Shown one piece after another: positions 1 to 12,708 of a DNA stretch of 64,000 bases (positions are counted from its first letter, which is position 1; each line of letters starts with the position of its first letter). Under the pieces are notes generated by a model. That model did no database searches, was not told the DNA's origin, and saw only the letters and a program-made list of their open reading frames with translations. Position numbers and translations under genes: made by a program. Source of the stretch: Octopus sinensis (Eukaryota); assembly GCF_006345805.1 (NCBI RefSeq), contig NC_043002.1:41230001-41294000 (forward strand). The letters run 5' to 3'.

Positions 1-308
1 ACAGGGTGGTGTTCATGTAAAGAGTTCAGGCCACTTGAGGTCAAGGGAGGCTTTGAACAAAGCGGTTGTTGGCATCTTCACCATCTCGTCTGGCAGCTTG
101 TTCCACGGATCCGCAACCCGGACGGAGAAAGCTCCTCTCCTTCGATTGAGATGAAATCGTCGCAGGTAGAACTTTTCGGAATGACCCCGCAGCCGACGCT
201 CTGGAGCAGGAGTGAAGAACAGCTCTTTCGAGAGGTTACACTTTCCGCTTATGATATTGTGAGTGAGAATGAGATCACCACGGCAGCGGCGTTTTTCTAG
301 AGAATAAA
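1..308 (-). mobile_element. CR1-type LINE, ORF2 C-terminal fragment
   Basis: Translation SLEKRRCRGDLI...LRGHSEK...FSVRVADPWNKLP...FKASLD matches the CR1/L2 ORF2 C-terminal motif series (RR.RGDLI, RGH, FS.RV..WN.LP, FK..LD). Confidence 0.85.
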
Positions 309-309
309 G

Positions 310-701
310 TGTTGGTTTGGAAGATGAGGCAGCATCGAATGGCCACCACATTCACCTGACCTGACACCAATGGATTTCTTTTTTTGTAAAGAACAAGGTT
401 TTATGAGAAGAATCCCCAAAAAGTAAATGAATTAAAAATTACATTTTTGATGCATTCACTGAAATTGACAGAGATCAGAATTTGTGCTGCACCGTGTGTC
501 TGAGTGTTCTGAAGAGGTTTGAAGAATGTTGCAATGTTGAAGGAGGACATTTTGAGCATCAGAGATATCAAAGATTGTCTGTTTAAGATGAGCATAAGCA
601 AATATGATTGTAAGATAGAAATTTGAATGTAATAAAATGTTCTGAAAGAAATTTAAAGTGCCTACATGATAACTGCAAACCTACTTTTGGGCCACCCTGT
701 A
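310..701 (+). mobile_element. Tc1/mariner transposon 3' fragment (degenerate transposase and right TIR)
   Basis: WFGR*GSIEWPPHSPDLTPMDFF...VKNKVYEKNP...CCNVEGGHFEH; ends CTTTTGGGCCACCCTG-TA. Confidence 0.85.
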
Positions 702-769
702 TATGTCTATCAAAAGTCTGCTTTTCCTGTTCTTTCCCTGTTTTGTAAGTTATTTGGTGACAACACTAG

Positions 770-951
770 TGCTGCTGACATGGAAAAAAAAAAACGCTCC
801 CAGAACACATTGTAAAATGGTTGGCATTAGGAAGGGCAGCTCGCTATGAAATCCATGCCAAAGCTGACATTGGGGCTTGATGGAGCCCTGTGGTTTGCTA
901 GAACCCTGTCAAACTTTCAAACTCATATCAACATGGGATACAGATATTAAG

Positions 952-985
<34 letters not shown>
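770..985 (+). mobile_element. Degenerate RTE-LINE 3' tail
   Basis: GGTTGGCATTAGGAAGGGCA...AACATGG followed by (GAT)n; same tail as the RTE at 48442-51925. Confidence 0.7.
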
Positions 986-1003
<18 letters not shown>

Positions 1004-1210
1004 GGTGGTGGTGGTGGTGGTGGTGGGGTGGTGGTGGTGGTGGTGATGGTGGTGGTGGTGGTGGTGGTGATGATGATGATGGTGATGGTGATGATGATGA
1101 TGATGATGATGATAGTAGTGGTGATTGGTGGTGATGGGGATTATGATGAGAGTGACTACTCAGGCCACTGCCAGTCTCATACTTGCAAATTTTCCACAAA
1201 CGCTTTAGGT

Positions 1211-1363
1211 GCAGGAGTGGCTGTGTGGTAAGTAGCTTGCTTACCAACCACATGTTTATGGGTTCAGTCCCACTGCATGGTACCTTGGGCAAGTGTCTTC
1301 TACTATAACCTTGGGCTGACCTTGTGAGTGGATTTGGTAGACGGAAACTGAAAGCCTGTCGTA

Positions 1364-1434
<71 letters not shown>

Positions 1435-1680
1435 TGTGTATGTGTATGTGTATATAAGAGTGTGTGTGTGTGTGTTTATCCCCCCACCATCACTTGACAA
1501 TCGATGCCGGTGTGTTTACCTTCCTATAACTTAGCAGTTCAGCAAAAGAGACCGATAGAATAAGTACTAGGCTTACAAAGAATTTTGTAATGTGTTCAAT
1601 TTGTTCAACTAAAGGCAGTGCTCCAGCATGGCTACAGTCAAATGACTGAAATAAATAAAAGAGTGAAAGAGTAAAAGAAT
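1211..1680 (+). mobile_element. tRNA-derived SINE family A, full length
   Basis: Head GGCTGTGTGGTAAG (A box) and GGGTTCAGTCC (B box), internal (TA)n/(TG)n, tail GCTCCAGCATGGC.ACAGTCAAATGACTGAAA + (AAAGAG)n; more than 12 homologues in the window. Confidence 0.9.
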
Positions 1681-1779
1681 AAATTGTTTAATTTTGTTCA
1701 TCTGGAGAATCTCAGAAGCAGCCTGTGAAGACCAAGGCTGCTCCTTCATCTACTTCCTGTTCCAGTTCTAGACCAATCC

Positions 1780-2710
<931 letters not shown>

Positions 2711-3004
2711 TCGTTATTGTTTTTATGTTCCTGCCGACAGCTATAGAATGTCCTGTCGGTTTATAGCAAAGTGAACTAGGGACAGATACGTTGCACATGA
2801 CCTAAATCACAAATACAACAACAACAACAACAAGCGACATACAAACAACATAAGAATCACACACACACACATGCATGCACACACACTCAAGAATTGACCT
2901 AGCATCATCATAGAAATCTTTCGCTTTACCTAATCAGTCAGATGTCAAACACCAGAATAGATAAAATAATAAGTGCCACCTTTTGAATCGCTTTGATCAC
3001 ATCC

Positions 3005-3396
3005 TATATATACATACATACATACATATATATATATATATACATATACATATACATATATGTATATATATATAAATATATATATATGTGTTTGTATGTA
3101 TATATATACACACATACATATACATATACACACACACACATATATATACATACATATACATATATGTACATATAAATATATATATGTATACATATATATA
3201 TATATACATACACATACATATACATACACACACACATATATGTATATATATACATATACACACACACATATATATATATTCATATACATATATATATATA
3301 CATATACACGCATACATACATACATACATACATGCATACATACATACATACATACATACTTACATACATACATACATTCATACATACATATATACA

Positions 3397-3428
<32 letters not shown>

Positions 3429-3450
3429 CATATACATATATATATATATA
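3005..3450. repeat. (TA)n/(TACA)n microsatellite
   Basis: Direct inspection. Confidence 0.95.
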
Positions 3451-3704
3451 TGTATATCTGTTCGGGGGACTATAAACATCAGTCCAAGCAGAACGGTAAT
3501 GATTCAGCACTGATCAAGGAAAAATCAGTTCAAAGAAATGGCAATCAAGAAATTAGATTAGCATTTGCAAACTATAAAATTAACAGCAACACCAATAAAA
3601 TTAGCAAATATAGATTTAAAATTGATTTCTTTCCCAACTTGGACCCAAAGGTGACTGAGGAAAAAGAGAAGCTTGGAGAAGTCAATTATATGGAATCCTT
3701 TTAG

Positions 3705-4107
3705 CTCTTTTAGCTCTTATCATCTGTTAGCTTCTGTCATTGGTCTGTGGCCATGTTAGAGCAACACCTTGAAGAATTCAGCTGAACTTGTTTTTCAAAA
3801 ATCTGACACTTATTTTATTGGCCTCTTTCGACGAATTTGTAAGTTACAAGGATGTAAGCCAACCAACACTGGTTTTCAGGCAGTGGGCGTGGGAACAAAT
3901 ACACACACATGCACATATATATATACAACCACACACACATATCACAGGCTTTCACATGGTTTCCGTCTGTTAAATTCACTCACAGGGTATTGGTCAGCCC
4001 TAAGTTACTGTAGAAGACACTTCTCCAAAGTGCTGTGCTCTGGGACCAAACCCAAAACCACATGGCTGTAAAGTGAGCTTCTTAACCACACAGCCATGCC
4101 TGTGCAT
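3705..4107 (-). mobile_element. SINE family A, diverged full-length copy
   Basis: Reverse complement of family A head (ACCACACAGCC at about 4087) and tail. Confidence 0.8.
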
Positions 4108-4139
4108 AGTACTTAAATTTCTTTTTTATGTTTTATGTT

Positions 4140-4476
4140 TTATATCCCTGTTGCTTCCATTATCATCATAATCATCACTATCATCATTATAATTACTTTA
4201 TCCTTCACCATCACCACCACCACCACTACTGTCAACCTCATTATGATGTTTATTATCATTGCTGTCATCATCATCATCACCGTCGTCGTCATCATCGTCG
4301 ACATCATCATCATTGCTACTACTATCATCTTCATAACCATTTTCATCACCCGCATCTCTGTCTCCACCAAACCATCGATCCATCAATCCATCCATCATCA
4401 TCATCATTATCATCATCATCATCATCATCATTGTCATCATGTATATGTCCTTGCTGTCAGATATAAAGAATGTGTA

Positions 4477-4534
<58 letters not shown>

Positions 4535-4545
4535 ATGTATGTATG

Positions 4546-4576
<31 letters not shown>

Positions 4577-4613
4577 ATATGTATGTATGTATGTATGTAT
4601 GCATGTATGTATG

Positions 4614-4647
<34 letters not shown>

Positions 4648-4670
4648 TGTATGTATGTATGTATGTATGT
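4140..4670. repeat. (CAT)n, (TG)n and (TATG)n microsatellites
   Basis: Direct inspection. Confidence 0.95.
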
Positions 4671-4713
4671 ATGGAGTGTTTAGAGTGTTAGGTATCATGT
4701 ACAGAACTGAATA

Positions 4714-4873
4714 TTGAGAAAAAGAAGTCGTCACACTTTTGGAAAAAAAACCTTTTATTTCTTCATTCCTCTTTAGACCTTAACAAATACAAGTTCTAAA
4801 GAGGAACAAAAGCGCTAATAATAATGAAAAAATAAGAGGATTTTTTCAAAATTCTGACGACTTTTTTTCTCAA
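4714..4873. mobile_element. Small MITE with about 25-bp TIRs and TA flanks
   Basis: Left TTGAGAAAAAGAAGTCGTCA vs right TGACGACTTTTTTTCTCAA; TA on both sides. Confidence 0.7.
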
Positions 4874-4905
4874 TATATATACACACACACACACATATAC
4901 ATGTG

Positions 4906-4946
<41 letters not shown>

Positions 4947-5341
4947 TTATGTTATATAAAACACTTTGAGTTGGCTCTGTGAAACTTAAAATCTTGTACG
5001 CTCGTCACAGGAACATAACTCATGAGGCTCAGGCGATATATACATATATATGTACACGGTCACTTTCACAGTGATCATATGGTAAATGAAAGACGGAAGA
5101 TGAGGATGTAAGAATTTTTATTAATAATGACAATTGTTTTGACACATCTAGCATTGATCCTTCATGGGTGGGACACTAAACAACTGGTTCAGGAGCATCC
5201 GCTGGTGCAGATATGTTTCTTCAGGTAATAAATAGATATAACTTGTCTAAATAATAGTTCCACAATGTATCTTCTCATTTCGTGTAAAGAAAAGCAGCAA
5301 ATTAAAGGATATATCTTCATTTACATAGAAGATGAAAAATA

Positions 5342-5750
5342 GGCACAGGATTGGCTGTGTGGTAAGTAGCTTGCTTACCAACCACATGGTTCCAGGTTGA
5401 GTCCCACTGCGTGGCACCTTGGGCAAGTGTCTTCTACTATAGCCTCAGGCTGACCAAAGCCTTGTGAGGGAATTTGGTAGACGGAAACTGAAAGAAGCCC
5501 GTCGTATATGTGTATGTATATATATGTGTGTGTGTGTATATGTTTGTGTGTCTGTGTTTGTCCCCCAACATCACTTGACAACCGATGCTGGTGTGTTTAC
5601 GTCCCCATAAGTTAATGGTTCGGCAAAAAAGACCGATAGTATAAGTACTAGGCTTACAAAGGATAAGTCCTGGGATCAATTTCTTCGACTAAAGGCAGTG
5701 CTCCAGCATGGCCACAGTCAAATGACTGAAAAAAGTAGAAGAGTAAAGGA
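5342..5750 (+). mobile_element. SINE family A, full length
   Basis: Homologous to 1211-1680 over its whole length. Confidence 0.9.
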
Positions 5751-6087
5751 GAGATGCAAAAAAAGAAACGAACACTCAATACAGTGAGAAAAGTATTAAA
5801 AAATAACCATTAACGGATATGGATGTATAAACGCCCATGCGCAAGTTGCAGGGTGCATGTACACTCGCTTATAGAAGCATTCACATTCACATAACGATTT
5901 ATGTAGCTACTTGGTGTTTATAATGCAGTAAGAATGAATTTGAGTAACTGTTAACATAATTTACTTTAAGATATGGATGAATTAAGTTTAGCGTTAACCT
6001 TCCCATTCTTGAGGCGTGCAATCTCCTGTAATTTTTCTGATGGGTAAATCCAAGTTTGCTTCACTGAATTATGAATATTTTCATGAG

Positions 6088-6384
6088 TATAAATCCAAAA
6101 TAATTACAAAGAATACAGGGACTGGTGAATCTTCAAATCTTTTTTTCTATTTAACAGTTAATTACACAACATAATTAGTTAGTTAAAATGACTGACACGC
6201 ATTTCTTCTGCACAGAGTAAGTGCAGTTGTGTATGTGGGTTACATATGCAACTGCACACACTTTGTGCTGCAGAAATAAATGTTGGTCATTTTAACTAAC
6301 TAATTATATTGCATAGCATAATTAGAAAGAAAAATTTGAAGGTACATCAGTCTCCATATTCTTTGTAGTTGTTTCGTATTTATA
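6088..6384. mobile_element. Fold-back MITE (imperfect palindrome, arms about 145 bp)
   Basis: 6088-6236 is an inverted repeat of 6242-6384, e.g. ATAATTAGTTAGTTAAAATGAC vs GTCATTTTAACTAACTAATTAT. Confidence 0.8.
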
Positions 6385-6461
6385 TATATATTCAAAATGG
6401 AGATGAACACCACTCCTCCATGTAATCGGCTTGAAAAAACTGTTAAGATGAACACACATAC

Positions 6462-6697
6462 CTATTTCTTCACTACCTACAAGGGGCTAAACACAGAAGG
6501 GACCAACATGGACAGACACACGGATTAAGTCGATTACATTGATCCCAGTGTGTAACTGGTACTTATTTAATCGACCCCGAAAGGATGAAAGGCAAAGTCG
6601 ATCTCGGCAGAATTTGAACTCAGAACGTAACGGCAGATGAAATACTGCTAAGCATTTCGCCTGCCGTGCTACCGCTTCTGCCAGCTTGCCGCCTTCA
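6462..6697 (-). mobile_element. SINE family B
   Basis: Reverse complement of AAGGCGGCAAGCTGGCAGAA head, TTCTGAGTTCAAAT B box, central GACTTTGCCTTTCATCCTTTCGGGGTCGATTAAATAAGTACCAG, tail GCCCCTTGT...AAAGAAATA. Confidence 0.9.
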
Positions 6698-7069
6698 TAC
6701 ATGTGTATGTGTGTATGAACACACATACACATGCAGATGCACACACATTCACACACAATTACACACATGGACACACACAGACATATACCCATACACACAT
6801 ACACACACACACACACCACTTGCAAATAAGTCAAAGCATCGTTCAGGAACATTCACCGAACACGGTGGCAGCATTTCCCAGAGCCAGAAGACAAACTCAC
6901 AGTTCTAGAGCAGCAGAGAGGTCAATGTTCCATCCACGAGGTTCCTGCGATTTCTTGTTATTATTGATGATTGTTTTGCGAAGGTGATCACTTTTAGTCT
7001 TTGGCTTATCTATCACTTTGGACAGATTCTCATTAAGCTCAGCTGACATATCAACATTGTCAACAAGAC

Positions 7070-7356
7070 AACATTCATCATTGTAATTTTACATGACAGC
7101 CATGATGAGAATCTTGTGAGATTGCATGCAAGATGTCAGCAGCAGCAGCAGCAGCAGTAGCAGTAACAGCAGCGGCAGCAGCAACAGCAGCAACATTGTC
7201 GCTACGATCATCATCATCATCATCATCATTTTCATTGACTTCATCAACATCAGAATTATCATGATCGTCGTCATCATCATCATCATCATCATCATCATCG
7301 TTGTCATCATGATCATTGATGTTGTCATCGCTGTTACCATCATCATCATCATCTTT

Positions 7357-7390
<34 letters not shown>

Positions 7391-7746
7391 TTGTTGCTAT
7401 CATCATCATCATCATCATCATCATTTTCATTGACTTCATCAACATCAGAATTATCATGATCGTCGTCATCATCATCATCATCATCATCATCATCGTTGTC
7501 ATCATGATCATTGATGTTGTCATCGCTGTTACCATCATCATCATCATCTTTAGCAGCAGCAGCAAGCAGCAGCAGCAGCAGCAACATTGTTGCTATCATC
7601 ATCATCATCATCATCATTTTCATTGACTTCATCAACATCAGAATTATCATGATCGTCGTCATCATCATCATCATCATCACATCATCATCGTTGTCATCAT
7701 GATCATTGATGTTGTCATCGCTGTTACCATCATCATCATCATCTTT

Positions 7747-7780
<34 letters not shown>

Positions 7781-7941
7781 TTGTTGCTATCATCATCATC
7801 ATCATCATCATCATTTTCATTGACTTCATCAACATCAGAATTATCATGATCGTCGTCATCATCATCATCATCATCATCATCATCGTTGTCATCATGATCA
7901 TTGATGTTGTCATCGCTGTTACCATCATCATCATCATCTTT

Positions 7942-7975
<34 letters not shown>

Positions 7976-9320
7976 TTGTTGCTATCATCATCATCATCAT
8001 CATCATCATTGTCATCATGATCATTGATATTGTCATCGCTGTTACCATCATCCCCGTCAGCAGCAGCAGCAGCAACATTGTTGCTTCCATCATCATCATC
8101 ATCATTATCCTCATTGTCATCATGATCATTGATGCTGTCATTGCTGTTACCATCATCATCATCATCATCAACAGCAGCAGCAACACCAACATCATCATCA
8201 TCAACAATCTTCTTCACCGATGACGCTGTCATCATCATCATCATCAGCAGCAGCAGCAACAGTGTTATTATTGTCATCGCCATCACAATCTTCATCATCA
8301 TCTTCATGACCGTCATCATTGTCAGAATCATGATCATGATCATCATCATCATCTTCATTGTCAGCATCATCAATGATATTGTCATCACTCATCATCCTTA
8401 TCAGCATCAGCAGCAACAACATCATCATCATCAACAATCATCTTCCTCATTGTCATTGTCATCATCAGCAGCAGCAGTAGCAGCAACAGCAGCAGCAGCA
8501 ACAGCAGCAGCAGCAACAGCAGCAGCAGTAACAGCAGCAGCATTGTTGTTGTCATCACTGCCATCACCATCATCATCAACATCATCAACACCTTCATCAT
8601 CTTCATCACCATCATGATCAGCATCAGCAGCATCAACATCATCATTATCAACAGTTATCTTCATTGTCCTCATTGTTGTCATCATCATCATCATCATCAT
8701 CATCCTCATCACCATCTTCATCATCAAGATCATCATCATCATCATCATCTACATTGTCACCATCACCACCACCACCTCCACCACCATCACAATCAACATC
8801 ATTAGCATCATTACCATCCCCTTCCTCCTCATCATCATTGATGCTGTCATCAATGTCACCAGCAGCAACATCAGCAGCAGCATCATCAACATTTTCATCA
8901 TCATCATCATTAAGATCATTACCATCAATCATCTTCGTTGTCAACAACATTATCATCATTTACACAATCACCATCAACCCCCCCACCACCACACTCAGAA
9001 TCATCATCATTATCATGATCACCATCCTCATCATCATCATCATCACCATCATCATCATCACTATCATCATGTTAATTATCATCATCATCATCATCATCAT
9101 CACCATCACTATCACCATTACCTTCACCACCATCATTATGTTAATTATCATAATTGCCATTATCACCACTACCTTCGCCATGACCATGACCATCACTATC
9201 ATCACCATTGTCATCATCATGTTAGTTATCATCATCATCATCAACATTAGCATCACTACCATCACCACCACCACCATCGTCATCATCATCATTATCATCA
9301 TCACCATCATTGTTTTAACA
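7070..9320. repeat. (CAT)n/(CAG)n compound microsatellite with a higher-order unit of about 195 bp at 7126-8170
   Basis: CAACATTGT...TTCATTGACTTCATCAACATCAGAATTATC recurs at about 7190, 7385, 7580, 7775; partial unit at about 7970. Confidence 0.9.
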
Positions 9321-9489
9321 TGAAATTATCTCTATTAATATGAGTTGACTGTATTTCCAATAGAAACTTATCTATGTTTATCGTATGTTTATCACTTACT
9401 CAAACAAAATTCAAGGCTTTTAAACATGCTCTGGAAATGGTATATATACAGATAAAAACAATAAATATTTATTTCATCCACATTTCAAG

Positions 9490-9600
9490 TATGAAACGCA
9501 AGGTCAAACTTCAACAGGATTTGATCTCAGAGCGTAAAGGTTCACAAATATATATCATAAGGTATTTTAATCATTGCTCCACTGATTCTGTCACTTTACT
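9490..9600 (-). mobile_element. Highly degenerate SINE family B
   Basis: GCAAGGTCAAACTTCAACAGGATTTGATCTCAGAGCGTAAAG aligns by eye to the family B body. Confidence 0.5.
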
Positions 9601-10149
9601 AATCTTCAGCTCCGGATAAAATATTACCAAACTGATTAATAACCTTTAGAATTTTCGTGTATATGAAAAAAAAAAAATTATTATATTAACAGATTCTTTA
9701 TATTTTGAAGAATATTTTTATTTATTTTGTGGTGCCTTCTGCTCTCTTTCATCGTGATTTCATGAATCCATTTATTTTTAACAGAGGCAAGTAAAAACCA
9801 TGCAACAACTTTATTCACTAAAATATAAAACTCTAAGGCAGAAGGTATTTATAAAAGGGTGTGTGTGCATGTGTATGCTTACGTGTGTATGTGTGTGCTT
9901 GTGTGTGTATGTGTGTGCGTGTTCTCATTCAGAAAATTGAAAATGGAGATAAAAAAAATTAATAAAATGGAGAAAACATTTATTGAAATGTATTTATTTT
10001 AGAATAAAAATTTCAAATAAAAACCTATCCTGTTTGGTTGACTATCATAAAAATGACATTGAGCATATTATGAGTTCATCCATGAAAAATGTATTTCACT
10101 TACCCTTCCTACTCCTCCTCCTAATTCTTTCTGCCTTCTTTTTTCTTCC

Positions 10150-10275
10150 CCTTCTTCTTTTACTTCTTTCTTTCTGTTTTCTTCTTCTTCTTCTTCTTCT
10201 TCTTCTTCTCTTCTTCTTCTTCTTCTTCTCCTCCTCCTCCTCCTCCTCCTCCTCCTCCTCCTCCTTCTCCTTCTC

Positions 10276-10307
<32 letters not shown>

Positions 10308-10520
10308 TTTTCACCACCATCACCACTACCATTACCTTCTTCTTTTCTTCTTCCTCTTCTTCTTCCTTTCTTTCTGTTTTCACTCCTCCTCCTCGTCCAT
10401 CATTACCACCACTATCATCATCATCATCCGCATTCTTACCACCACCACCACCACCACCATTACCTTCTTTTTTTTCCTCCTCCTCCTTCCTTCCTTCTTT
10501 TATTTTTCCCTTCCTCCTCT
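10150..10520. repeat. (CTT)n/(CCT)n/(CAT)n microsatellite
   Basis: Direct inspection. Confidence 0.95.
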
Positions 10521-10714
10521 CCCCTCCCCCTGGAACATAAACCATCAACACATCATCCAATTCCTTCTGTCCATGCATTTCTTTGCAACAGCTTCCAAGT
10601 TCTTTACATCTTCCTCACCTTAAAATTTGTTAAGATAATTCTTGGTTCTTTGCTTTCCCATAAATTAGAATCTTCAGAACAGTTTTAGTCAATAACATTT
10701 CTACACCTTCACAT

Positions 10715-10865
10715 GGCACTGATGTGATTGTGTGGTAAGAAATTTACTTCTCAACCTTATGGTCCCAGGTTCAATTCCACTGCATGACATCTTGGGCAAG
10801 TTCTTCTACTATAGCCTCAGGCCAACAGAAGCCTTGAGAATGGAAACCGAAAGAAGCCTGCTGTA
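10715..10865 (+). mobile_element. SINE family A, 5' half
   Basis: GATTGTGTGGTAAGAAA...GGTTCAATTCCACTGC...CTACTATAGCCTCAGGCC. Confidence 0.8.
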
Positions 10866-10894
10866 TGTATATATATATAGATAGATAGATAGAT

Positions 10895-11116
10895 ACCGGT
10901 CATTCAATATGTGACCACGTGTGAATCATTGGTGATTTTCTTTCCTCCGTCTTCCCTTCCTTGGATCTTTCCTTTTCCTATGTTTCTGATGAAGAGCTCC
11001 GCTCAAAACGTTAAATCCTCCTTATTTCTTTCCTTCCTGAGCGTCCAATAATACTATACTTGTTCCACGTCCTCACGTTGTTGTGTTTCCCTTTGTGCTT
11101 TCATGTTTGGATTAAC
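10895..11116 (+). mobile_element. Short hammerhead-bearing element between (TAGA)n and (TA)n (Penelope-like terminal repeat / retrozyme-like)
   Basis: Non-coding, microsatellite-flanked, contains a hammerhead motif; same layout as 33985-34180 on the minus strand. Confidence 0.6.
10982..11016 (+). ncRNA. Minimal type I hammerhead ribozyme motif, G12A variant
   Basis: GTTT-CTGATGA-A-GAGC(TCC)GCTC-[A]AA-AC GT-T-AAAT: stem I 4 bp, stem II 4 bp, AACGTT palindrome at stem III. Confidence 0.65.
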
Positions 11117-11138
11117 TATATATATATATATATATATA

Positions 11139-11460
11139 TCCGTGCCAATGGCACGTAAAAAGCACCATCCGATCGTGGCCGTTGCCAGCCTCGCCTGGCC
11201 CCCATGCCGGTGGCACGTAAAAAGCACCATCCGTCCATGGCCGTTAGCCAGCTCCGTTTGGCACCTGTGTGGGTGGCACGTAAAAAGCACCCACTACACT
11301 CACGGAGTGGTTGGCGTTAGGAAGGGCATCCAGCCATAGAAACACTGCCAGATTTGACTGGGCCTGATGAAGCCTTCTGGCTTCACAGACCCCAGTAGAA
11401 CCGTCCAACCCATGCTAGCATGGAAAACGGACGCTAAACGATGATGATGATGATGATGAT
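11139..11460 (+). mobile_element. RTE-LINE 3' tail with 3'UTR repeats
   Basis: AAAAGCACCATCCG units, then CACTACACTCACGGAGTGGTTGGCGTTAGGAAGGGCATCC...CATGGAAAACGGACGCTAAAC(GAT)n. Confidence 0.9.
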
Positions 11461-11716
11461 ATATGTAGCTTTAAATTAAAATTAAAAATTAACACAAAGC
11501 TTAAGGATGTACGAGGTGTCAAGTCTGTTTAGAAATAGGAGTAGAAATCCCAAATCCACCACCAAAGGCACCGAAATATGATAGAGACAACAGTAAGTGA
11601 GCAAACGGTTAAAGAATTAAACAGTTCAAAGCATACCATTGTAGTCCTAGATACACAATACCTGAAAGAATAATGGATTAATCATTACTAGATTGGCTTT
11701 GGTCATAGGTCTATAT

Positions 11717-12708
11717 CAGGGGTCACCAAACCTTTTCGACCATTAACCCTCTTTAGCCTCTTCTCCTTCCGCATCGACCACCCACCTCATTAAAAATATC
11801 TTAATACCCTATCCTGCCCTATCATATCTTAAATGCATACAGGGTACTGATGCAGGCAATTAAAATGTTAGCTAAAACATACATGTACGACAAATTAAGA
11901 AATTCTATTGAAGATGACACACTTTTAACATTTAAAACGACATGTATGAGTATACAGTATTAAACTTTCAATTTTTATGAAATTGTTTTCACGGTTAGAA
12001 AATATGAAAAATGCATCATATTGCTGGAATATCTTTTATTCTGCTTACGAAGACCTGTTGAGGCAAGTGAAATCGAAATCAAACTCAGTGACTCACATCC
12101 GTTGTGAGTGAAGCGCTAAGGAGTAACAAGCTGGCCTCCATGCCAATGGCATATTAAAAACACCATTCAAGCATGATCGTTACCTGTGTCACCTTTCTAG
12201 CACTTGTGCTGGTGGCACATGAAAGAAAACATTCAAGTGAGGTCGTTGCCAGTGTCACTGGACTGGCTCCTGTGCAGGTGGCACATAAAAAGCACCATTT
12301 GAGTGTAGCCATTGCCAGTACCACCTAACTGGCCCTCGTGCTAGTGGCACATAAAAGCACCCACAACACTCTCGGAGTGATTGGTGTTAGGAAGGGCATC
12401 CAGCTGTAGAAACTCTGCCAGATCAGATTGGAGTCTGGTGCAGCCATCTGGTTCACCAGACCTCAGTCAAATCGTCCAGCCCATGCCAGCATGGAAAGCG
12501 GACATTAAACGATGATGATGATGATGATGAAATTAACAATATCAGTGTAAGGAATGAGCATGGCACTGACTAAGTATCTCAAGCAGTTCATCTGGATAAG
12601 CTGGTCTTTTTCACACCAACCCCCATTTGATCCCTTGGCTATCATCGACCCCCTTTAATTCCTCACCGACCCATATGGGATCCCTCAGACTCTCTTTGGC
12701 GATCCCTG
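11717..12708. mobile_element. Non-autonomous hAT (Charlie-like) element
   Basis: TIRs CAGGGGTCACCAAA / TTTGGCGATCCCTG; perfect 8-bp TSD GTCTATAT at 11709-11716 and 12709-12716. Confidence 0.9.
12040..12529 (+). mobile_element. RTE-LINE 3' tail nested in the hAT element
   Basis: GAAGACCTGTTGAGGCAAG start, about 4 UTR repeat units, canonical tail and (GAT)n. Confidence 0.9.

Noticed and set aside
1-12. ACAGGGTGG at the window start resembling the left TIR of the mariner ending at 701
   Set aside because: The match stops after 9 bp and the sequence is the CR1 3' region on the minus strand.
6860-6955. Minus-strand mini-exon EPRGWNIDLSAALE ending in GTGAGT
   Set aside because: The acceptor lacks a polypyrimidine tract and no homology is recognised.
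11362-11392. CTGATGA-AGCC(TTCT)GGCT in the RTE tail looks like a hammerhead half
   Set aside because: No GAAA follows, and other tail copies read CTGGTGCAGCC or CTGACGAAGCC; it is the LINE 3' stem-loop.
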